Shown here one piece after another: positions 53,030-64,000 of a DNA stretch of 64,000 bases. Below the pieces are notes generated by a model that did not search any database, had not been told where the DNA came from, and worked only from the letters and a program-made list of their open reading frames with translations. Numbering within the stretch: position 1 is the first letter of the stretch; every line of letters begins with the position of its first letter. Made by a program: the position numbers and the translations under genes. Source of the stretch: Eledone cirrhosa (lineage: Eukaryota); assembly GCA_964016885.1 (NCBI GenBank), contig OZ024744.1:76198001-76262000 (forward strand), read 5' to 3'.

Positions 53030-53500
53030 ATCATTATCTATAAAAGGTACACTGTTGTTGTTGTGTGTGTGTGCATGTTCCATGTTTATACATTTGTACA
53101 ATTTCAAACCGATTCGTCTCAACCTCTATAAGAATATTGTAAATGGCTTACCCTAGGTCACCGACTATTTATTCCCTTCAAAGGCACCCACAATTACGGA
53201 AATAACCGATAAAACTTAATACATGACGCTTTTCACCTCTAATACAATCAGATTACCTCTCTCTACTTCCCTTCATCAAAGAAAGTTGTAACATGTATGT
53301 AGTTTTATGGAATTTTGAGGGGAGTAATTGTGGGTGAGTTTGAATGAAATAAATTGTCGTTGACCTATGTTAGACCATTTACAACATTCTTACAGACTCT
53401 GAGTCGAATCGGTTTGAAATTGTGCAAATGTATAAACATGGAACATGCACACACATACACACACAACAACAACAATCTGCCCTTTATAGATAATGATGAT
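51945..53500 (-). mobile_element. Non-autonomous Helitron with a nested inverted second 5' end (53027-53200)
   Basis: On the minus strand the 3' hairpin CCCGGGAAACGCCGGG is followed by CTAG|T. ESPTSRxTRL repeats (52450-52650) resemble Helitron N-terminal STPR-like repeats. Two opposed TC-ATCATTATCTATAAA ends. Confidence 0.65.
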
Positions 53501-54289
53501 GATTAAACTTACAAACTTTAAGAGAGAGAGAGAGAGAGAGAGAGAGTGAGAGAGAGAACGTTTGTTTTTGAGTGTGGAACGGTCAAACATTTATTTACTT
53601 CAATGACAAAGAGAACTTATTACATTTCATACGGAACAACAATTATTCAAAAGCAACAGATAAATTTATTCAACCACAAAAAAATAGCGATAAATCTTTT
53701 TTAAAACATCTATCAACGAACGTGGAAAAAAGAAGTATCAGTTCATTTACTATACACAATAACATCCTCTATGAGGTCACTAAACCTGCTAGAAACAGCA
53801 GCTAACTCTCCCCCATATCACATCACTCCCTACTGTCTTAAATTTAGAAAACATATCCACTATGAGGTCACTAAACCTGCTAGAAACAGCAGCTAACTCT
53901 CCCCCATATCACACCCCTCCCTACTGTCTTAAATTTAGAAAACACACATTAGACAACCATGCAGAACAACTCCATCGCAGCTCTGTTGTTCGGCTGGCAC
54001 CGTCTACGCGCGTGTTGCGCAAGTACTGTGAAACAATAAATTTCAACACTTCTTTGCACAAAGATAATATCCATAGGCGAAACTACAATTGTCACCGCTG
54101 GCGCAGCTCCTGCTTCGGCAGTCCAGGTCTGCAATTCATTCACCCAGTGCCTGGCAGACAAAAAAGTGTTGCAATAAAATGGGTGGTGCAACCTAACTTT
54201 GGTAACTTACTGACCCCGAGCAACGCCATTAAAGCGTCAGAAGCCGCAGCATTGTTTCTCGTCTCCTTTCGCTATCCTTTCAAAACCCA

Positions 54290-54868
54290 CTGTGGTCAAC
54301 ATTACTTTTAGTCCTTTCAGGGGTTGATAAAATAAAATAAAGTACCATTCAAATACTAAGGTCGATGTAATCTCCTTTCATCTGTTTCCCTCTCTTTCTC
54401 CTCTTACTCCTATTTCCCCCCTCTTTCTCCTCTTTCTTCTCCCAATCGAAAATTTACTGACTTTGTGCCTAAATTAAAAATCACCGAGGACAACTTTGCT
54501 TTTCATCTTTCCAGGGTTTGATAAAATAAAATACCATTGAAACATTCAGGTCGGTGTAATCTCCTTTCATCTCTTTCCCTTACTGGCCTTGTACCTAAAT
54601 TGAAAACCATTACTATTTCTCAAGGAGAGGGTGGTGGATTGGCAGTATTGGTAGAGCACCGGTCAACATGCTACATGACATAGACTGGGATCGATTTAAT
54701 CGACTTTCTCCTGCCTTCCCCAAATTGCTGGCCTTGTGCCTTAATATGAAATCATTACGCGCCGAGGTTAACTTTGCCTTTCATCCTTACGGGGTCAATA
54801 AAATAAAGTACCAGTAATGTACTGGATAATTGCTGGCCTTGTACCAAAAGTAGAAACAATTATTATTT
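54290..54868 (+). mobile_element. Cluster of partial and diverged tRNA-SINE copies
   Basis: Repeated core TTTCATC..GGG.T.GATAAAATAAA..ACCA and GGCCTTGT.CC tails. Confidence 0.75.
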
Positions 54869-55233
54869 CTAAGGGAGTTAACTATTCACTTAGCATGGAA
54901 AAGACGAAGATAGATTAATTTACTCTCATGAGATCAGACCCTGATAGTGGAGTTTGTTTTGGAATGTTTTGCTGATTTCTTTGATATTTCTATCCTAAGT
55001 GTATGTGGGTGGTCTGCTGCAGAAATGGTTCTTAACCTTTTTTTTTTTACCATATTGCGGAATATCATTTCTTCCTTTCCAAGATTGTCTGAGTCAAACG
55101 TCGCATTCCAAAAATAGTCAACCACAATAATACACCAAGTGTATTTGTATATATATATATATATATCAAGCGTTAACCTAATATATCCCTTTCATATACT
55201 GTACCGATTGTGTTGTTATTTTTGTTTACCTTT

Positions 55234-55300
<67 letters not shown>

Positions 55301-55449
55301 TACTCAGTCCAGAAATAGCCGCCGAAATGGCTTGAGCTCTGCCGTCGGGGTCATACTTGTTCCTATTACCCACTCTACGACACTAAATATTGAGTACTTT
55401 GGTGCGTTATGGTCCATCTGGTTCCTTACCACAATTCCTTCGTTATATA

Positions 55450-55587
<138 letters not shown>

Positions 55588-56129
55588 AATCTACCAAAAT
55601 AAACGGTAGTGTCCAATCTGTATGAAGAACTCAATGTAATCCAAATATAGAAGATATCATGAAAAGAGAAAATGCATTCAAAATTTAACGATAAAAATCA
55701 TAAGAAAACAGAGTCAAGATAAATTAATGAAAACATTGAAATAAAGAACAGGTTCCTTATATTGAAAAAAAAATCATCATTTTACGATCGTTTCTAGGAT
55801 ATATATGTGTGTGTTGGTATGTACATCATATTAAAGATCTATGTAAAAAAATATTAAAATTCTGTCTTTTTAGATAGATACGTAGCTATAACGTAGTGCC
55901 CTTATAATATGTCTCTGTATGTCTAGCTGTCTGCATTAGATAACGTTTTTCGAAATATTTACTTGTGCGTTCACAGACTGATTTTTGTTAGTTTCAGAAG
56001 ATCTCGTTAAGGGTGAAAGCAGCGATTCTTTGCTTAAACGTTAATCTATTATTTAAATATATATTCGTGTACAGATATTTTTGCATACACAAAAACAAAA
56101 ACCTATTTATTTCACGAAAATACAGACGG

Positions 56130-56720
56130 CTTATCGTCATTGTTACTGTTCAAAGTTAGAGGACCACAGTCTTTCCAAAATCTGAGAACCATCAATGGCC
56201 ATCAATGTTCCACTTACCGTTTGGCTTACCAGATGCGTGGTATATTACATGGTGACAGCCATTGGCACCTCACCGTGCAAGAAGCAGCAACTGCTAAAGT
56301 CCCTTCTCAGCTGCGAAAACTTTTTGCTATTATGCTGTACAACTGCGATCTCGGCGACCCTCTCGCAATGTGGAACAACCACCGCGAAAGTCTAGCTGAG
56401 GACATCCTCCACCGCACACGCAGACACAATCCGAACGTAACATACGATGTCATTTTCAATGAGGCGCTCATTTGTCTTGAAAACAGTGTCCTGGAGATTG
56501 CTCGAGGCCTCTAAGTCACTACAGCTTACCTGCTCCTGACAGGAGTGCCCAGATGTCAACGTCTACAGGGCTTCTCCGCGAGACGAGCTACGAGATCAGT
56601 GATTCTCCCATGGTCAATTGTATGTAGGATGGTCTAGGGTGAGCTCGCCAAACAATCTCTTCATCTTTGCTCCGGAGGGCCGAACAAAAAATATTGTATA
56701 CTCTGAGGCTCTAACAATGG
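56130..56720 (+). pseudogene. Helitron RepHel fragments (internally deleted)
   Basis: LLFKVRGPQSFQNLRT..QLRKLFAIML and helicase C-terminal FSHGQLYVG.SRV...TKNIVYSEAL. Confidence 0.85.
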
Positions 56721-57286
56721 AATTTAAATATTTTCTGTTAATTGGAATTTCCATTATGGTTGAACAAATTATTGTTAAAAAATGTGTTTTCTGTTCAGCC
56801 TTTATTGTTGTAACTATCAAGTTTCTTTAACGTACTGGCTGCTGAACTGGGGAATCCTAAAAACTATTCAAACCCAACATCAGAGCAGGTTAACCCCCCC
56901 CCCCCACATCGTGACTTGAGAAGGCGTGCGGTATCTTTGCACTAGAGTGTAGGGGGGGGGGGGGGATTCCTGAAAAGATAAAATGCCGGTATACCTAGCC
57001 AGTCGCCAGCCGGACGAACCAGCTATTAATATATGTGTGTGTGTGTGCGTATCAGAATGGAAACGGTAAAAACCGGTTCAACCAGTACTCCCAGAGTACT
57101 CGATACTTAGGGTAGTACAGTGGGTAATATGTAAAAATCGAGACCCCAGCGGTTGAGCTTCTGCCGTTTCAACAGCTAGATCCGAACAGTTCAGATCTAG
57201 CTGTTGAAACCGCAGGTGCTCAGACGTCGGGATCCCGAATTTTTCCATATATATATATGTATGTGTGTTCGTGCGTGTAAATGTTA

Positions 57287-57367
<81 letters not shown>

Positions 57368-57421
57368 AAACGAGTCAGGACCCCGACGGCTGAGCTCCGG
57401 GCATTTCGATAGCTATACATA

Positions 57422-57845
57422 CAGGAAGCGGACGATATTGTTCTAGGAAAAATTAACACAGTAGTTTTATTTTTTAAGATTTATTTATCAAACTTGGGTC
57501 AGTTTGTCTTCATGACTTGTTCTTTGGATCTCACTCGATAAACCTGCCATTGGCTTTGATGACGGCCTTAAGGCGGCCTCGGAACTGGCTACAAGCCTTC
57601 GTCACTGTCCCCCGACTTAGGCCCCTAAAGGCACTTGCGATTCTGGCCTTCAGATCGTCTTTCGTATTGCAACTAGATCTGTTGGTGTCACGTTCCACTG
57701 CACCCCACACAAAGAAGTCGAGGGGGTTGCACTCAGGCGAGCTGGGAGGCCAGATGTCAGATGAAGTGTGGTCGACGAAGTTCTCTGACAGCCAGGCTTG
57801 GGTCTTTAGGCTGGTATGGCAGGGCGCTGAGACTTGCTGCATACG
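57422..57845 (-). pseudogene. Tc1/mariner transposase C-terminal fragment with one putative end
   Basis: APCHTS, WPPSSPECNPLDFFVWG, RLKAVIKANG; TA|CAGG terminus at 57422. Confidence 0.85.
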
Positions 57846-57948
57846 TACGGCCTACCTGCAGCTACCTGGGCCATCCAGGGCTTTACTACCTCGCTCAGAA
57901 CGCGGATGTAGCCATCGGTGTTAAGCTTATATCTATATATATATCATC

Positions 57949-58023
<75 letters not shown>

Positions 58024-58039
58024 CTATATATATATATGC

Positions 58040-58920
<881 letters not shown>

Positions 58921-59138
58921 ACTCTAAAATGTACTCATATAAACACACATACACATATAAATAATACATTACCTACATCAGCCATGCTGCTTTAATAAAA
59001 AGTAGGTTGGGTTTCCACTCATAATGTCTTGAGTTCTAACCCGACATTTGTCCCTGTAAATAATTATTTCTTCAAAGTCACTTATACGTTTAATATTGTA
59101 TGCCATTTGCGCATATATGCTGAACATTTATGTAATTA

Positions 59139-59430
59139 CTAGCAGAATGGCCCGGCGTTGCTCGGGATTCTAAACATAGATTGGCATGTTTATCCCTCCT
59201 TTCTGAAACAGTTTCGTCATATGTTCACCAATTGATGCAGAAGTCCTAATAAAAAGTGAAGTCGCCTTGGGTAAATAGGCAAATAATTTTCCATTAAGAT
59301 TTTTCAAAAGCATGTAATTGCGTTCCCTCTCTTTGTTGTTGTTGCTTATGCTACTGTCGAGCCTCGTGAAATAAATACCTTTGTTTATATTTTGTTATTG
59401 TGTATGCAAAGATATCTGTACACGAATATA
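59139..59430 (-). mobile_element. Helitron 3'-end fragment
   Basis: CTAGCAGAATGGCCCGGCGTTGCTCGGG, the same hairpin+CTAG end as at 51945; inner boundary uncertain. Confidence 0.55.
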
Positions 59431-59899
59431 TAATTATATATATATATATTAAAATAACAGATTAAAGTTTAAGCGAAAAATCGCTGCTTTCACCCTTAAC
59501 GGGATCTTCTGAAACTAAAAGAATCAATCTGTGAACGCAGAAGTACATATTTCGAAAACACGTTACACACACAATACCTTCCCACACTTTGTCTTTCCTT
59601 CCACGCATTACCTCTGTTTGATTTTGTTACCGTACCCCTTTTTTTTTTCGTATAAGATTCTTTGCCTGTGTTCTTACAATTGTATTTCTATGATTTTTTG
59701 TTCACGATCGCCTGTGTTATTACCTTTATGATTTTTTGTCTTTAATTTTCCGGTGTTTACTCCCCCTTCCCTACGTTTTTCTGTTTCTTATTCCCTTCCC
59801 CGTCTCTGCCTATCCTTCGCACTCACCCCTTCGTTCACTCCACCCCGCTTCACACCCCCGCCCTCTCATCCCTCCCCCTGCTTTCACCCAACGCCCATC

Positions 59900-62651
59900 A
59901 TGGCCAACCTGAGATCCTTTCTCCACCAACTCCACAATCGCCTCAAACTTTTCCTCACCCCCCTTCTTCCACCCTGCTATCTCCCCTCCACCCTTCAACT
60001 CTCCTACCTTCTCTTCGCCAAAACCCGGCACTCTAGCCACATCCATTTCCTCAGCCACTGCCTCCGCCTCTACCTTATCCCCCTCGGCTTCCGTCTACAC
60101 TTCCACCCCTCCCCCGCTGCTTCCCCCTCCACGCAACGTATCCTCACCCGATCCTCACGCCTTCTGATGCGCAACTCCATCCGCGCCTCCCGTTCCACCC
60201 TACGCCTACTTGACCACCAACTGACCCCCACCCTCCTCCGCCTTTACTCCACCTGCCACCCCCTCCTCGCCCAAGCCATCCTCTCCTTCATCCACAACCT
60301 CAACCACAACCTCTTCTCGTTCCTCAGCTCCACCAAAGCCCGCAAGCTACACTCACTCCCCCCCATCCACCACCACCCGCCCATCCCCATACGCCCACCA
60401 CTCTCCACCTCTCCCCCGACCCACACCCCTACCCAATCTCCACCCTCCACCTCACCCCTCACCACACCCTCCCTTCCCTCCCCAAACACCCAAACCCCAC
60501 CCCTTGTTGTCACCATACCCCCTGACCTCCCCCTCTCCGCACCTGAGCGCTCACTCCTTAGTAGAGGCCTTCGCTTCATACCCCACACTCCGCTCAGCGA
60601 CGAGTTCCGCACCCGAACGGAAGTCGAGCGATTCGTGCGACGCACTAAGCTACAGGCACATTTCAGCCGAACGCCACCGGCTCTGGACGCCCCAGACCCG
60701 TTTCTCGCCCTGGGCCGACGACCATCTTCTTGGACGCCGGCCCCAGGGCAATTTAGCACCCTGGACGCCTTCGTCGATGCCAGCCGTAGCGCAGTAAATC
60801 GTTTCGACTTCCGCCACCGTTCCAAACGGCACAACATCTCACGGGGCGAACTCCTCGCTCTCCGCTCCCTCCGTAGCCGAGATGACATCGTCATCAAACC
60901 GGCGGTCAAGGGAGGCGCCGTGGTGGTATGGCGCGCGGACATCTACACGGCCGAAGCCCTCAGGCAGCTCTGTAACCCCCTCTTTTACCGCCCTCTACCC
61001 TCCGATCCCACCCCCTCTACCAACAACAAGTCTCCTCCACCATCAAAGACCTTATCGCCTCCCCCCCCCCCTCCACCGCTTCCCACCTCATCGTCCGCAC
61101 CCCCGCACCCCCACCATCTACTTCCTCCCCAAACTCCACAAACCCGACAACCCCGGCCGCCCCATCGTCTCCGCTTGCAACTGCCCCACCGAACTCATCT
61201 CCGCCTTTCTCGACTCCCTCCTCGCCCCCCTTGTCACCACCCTCCCCTCCCACATCTCCGACACATTCCTCTTCACCCTAGACATCAAGTCCCTCTATAC
61301 CGTCATCCCCCACGTCGACGGCCTTCGCGCCCTCAAACACTACCTCGACCTTCGCCCCTCCCCCATTCCCTCCACCCACCCCCCTCCTTCGCCTCGCCGA
61401 GCTGGTCCTCACCCTAAATTGTTTCTCCTTCTCGGGTGAGTTTTACCAACAGGTCACGGGGGTAGCCATGGGCACAAGAATGGGCCCGAACTATGCCAAC
61501 CTTTTTGTTGGCCATGTTGAGGCCCAAATCTTTGCCCAGTACACCGGCCCCACGCCCGAACTGTACGGTCGTTACATTGACAACTGTATCGGAGCCACGA
61601 CCCTCACCCGAGTACAGCTCGACTCCTTTCTCTCCTTCTTCTGCTCCTTCCACCCCTCCCTCCACTTCACCACCTCTATCTCCACCACCCACGTCCACTT
61701 CTTGGACATCTCCGTCGCCTTCGACCCCTCCCACCACTCCCTCGTCACCTCCGCCTTCTTCAAACCCACCGACTCCAACTCTTACCTCGACTTCACCTCT
61801 TCCCACCCCACCCACACTAAACTCTCCATTCCCTACTCCCAACTTCTCAGGATCCGCCGCCTCTGTAGCCGAGATGCTGACTTCGAGTCCCAGGCCCTTT
61901 CCCTAGTCAGCCATTTCATCCGCAGAGGTTACCCCCCCCCCCCTCTCTCGTCTACACCGCTCTCACCCGCGCCCATGCTATCCCCCGCTCCGCCACCCTC
62001 ACCCCACGCCACCGCACACCCACCCACCGTCTCCCCTTCCCCATCACCTACCACCCCTCCACCTTACCCCTCCACCGCACCATCCGCCGCCTCTTCCGAC
62101 GCCTCCAGTCCGACCCCTCCACCTCCCACATCTTCCCAACCCCACCACTCCCCTCCTTCAAACGCGCACGCAATCTCCGCACCCTCCTCGTCCACAGCAC
62201 CCTACCCCCCAACCCACGCTCCAGTCCCCCCCCCGGTTCCTTCCCCTGTGCTAGGCCCCGCTGCAACACCTGTCCCCACATCACCAACACCACCACCTTC
62301 CAGGGTCCCAACGGCCACTCTCTCTCGGTCCGGCATGCCTTCCGCTGCACCTCCTCCAACCTAGTCTACGGACTTCGTTGCACGGAGTGCAGCGCGACTT
62401 ATGTCGGACAGACGGGACGTCGCCTGGCGGACCGAGTCACGGAGCACCTCCGGGATATTCGTCTCGGGGGCAGTTCCCCCATCGCCCGCCACATTGGTGG
62501 CCCTGGACACTCCGCACGCCATCTCACAGTCTGTGGCCTACTCCAGTGCCACGGAACTCCCGCCCATCGCCTTACGGTCGAACAACGCACTATCTTCATT
62601 TTACAGACCCACACTCCCCCCGGCCTGAACTCCCCACACTTATTCCTTTAG
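59900..62651 (+). pseudogene. Penelope-like element (Neptune-type) RT + Cys linker + GIY-YIG, frameshifted, extremely C-rich
   Basis: LLSRGLRFIP, IVIKPA.KGGAVVV, YFLPKLHKPDNPGRPIVS, LDIKSLYT, MGTRMGPNYANLF, RYID, FLDI, C.RPRCNTC, LVYGLRC..C..YVGQTGR. Inverted pLTR-like segment upstream at 59450-59570. Confidence 0.92.
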
Positions 62652-63137
62652 CGTTCGACCGCCCCCCTCCCCCCACACTTATCCCCCACTAACACCACTA
62701 ACACACCCCTCCTTTTCACCTCCCACCCCACACTAACAATACTAACACCTCCACTCCACCCCTCATCTGACCACCCTTCCCCAACTAACATACTAACATC
62801 CCTTCCCTCCCCCCTTCTCCTCCTCCCCCTCCTTATCACACGCACACACGCACCCACTTACACCACCCACCCCACACGCAACTAACATCACTAACACCCT
62901 CCAACCCCACGCACACGTACCCACACACCCTCGTACACCACCAACTCTACACACCCTACCTCCACTAACCCCCACTCACACCTGCATTCCACCCCTCCCC
63001 ACCTCCCGTATACTAACACCCACTAACACCTCTTCACCAAACTACACACACACCAGTACACCACACTCCCTCCATAGAACCACACACACCCTTCTCTCCC
63101 CGCTCCACACTCACTCATCCCACTAACACCCCTACTA

Positions 63138-63178
<41 letters not shown>

Positions 63179-64000
63179 CCTCACTCCAACTCTCACACCT
63201 ACCCATCCTCGCCTCCCTACCATTCCGCCGACTGCTGCTATGCCCTTCCGACCACCTCTCAGCACCAACTGACCACAGCACTCCCACTGCTGACCACTTC
63301 CTGTTGCGCGCGCACCCCACATCTCTCCTCTTCCGACCACCGCTTCTTGGATTACCCACACGCGAAATTGACTTCTAACCAAAATCTCCAAACATCCGTG
63401 GAACTTACCAACTTTTCAACCATCCTCTTACACCATCACCTATATAACTCACCCACACACACACCCCAACAAAATTTTTTTTTATCCACACGCCACCCAC
63501 ACCCACAACACGCTTAAACCACACACACGTGCTTCCCACCACATATTTACACCCTCAGCCTCCTGATTTCCCCCCCCCCCCCCCTCTATCCACACACGCA
63601 CATACCCCCCCCCCCACACACACACACACCTTCCTGAACATGCAACCCCGTTCTTCCCCCAACCCTCACTTTCACATACACACACACACACACACACGCA
63701 CACCTAACCACACACACCACCTTCAGCCCTCCCCGCTCGGACACCCCGTCTCCCTCTCCCCACTCCACCCGCCACCACCCCTACTCACCCCACACCCTAC
63801 CACCACCTGTTTACCCCCCTTTTAATTTCAGTTTATTTTGATCATGCCTTTATTTTTAAATTTTCTCATTCCTTGTATTTTGATCATGCTTTATTTTTAT
63901 TTATTATTTATTATATTTTTTGTCTTTATTTGTTAATTTTTCATTCGCACCGTTTCCTTTCGCTATATGTCTCTCCACCACTCCCCTACACACCTTTTGA

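Noticed and set aside
53770-53945. ~90-bp tandem duplication and ORF 53862-54311
   Set aside because: Two copies only, no recognisable domain or ribozyme core.

Overview
Eukaryotic, AT-rich, microsatellite-dense DNA made almost entirely of nested transposable elements. The repeat landscape and SINE suggest an invertebrate, probably an octopod cephalopod (inference only). No host gene can be firmly supported. Recognisable elements: several Penelope-like elements (two Naiad-type RT/GIY-YIG copies, one C-rich Neptune-type, and truncated copies with inverted pLTRs), an RT-deleted Gypsy LTR element, CR1-type, RTE and CRE LINE remnants, two R4/Dong-type and two Tx1-type LINEs, Helitron and Tc1/mariner fragments, MITEs, about 10 copies of a tRNA-derived SINE, and a 200-N gap. 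Best observations: (1) about 20 type-I hammerhead ribozyme motifs from several families, including a 486-nt tandem retrozyme-like unit and a recurrent non-canonical CAGAAGA-core hammerhead; (2) the SINE 3' tail matches the Tx1 3' ends, and both use ATT-type sites, suggesting a Tx1-SINE partnership; (3) R4/Dong and Tx1 elements stacked in one (ATT)n tract; (4) many fold-back palindromes in (TA)n tracts. Coordinates were read by eye and may be off by a few bases. No database searches were run.
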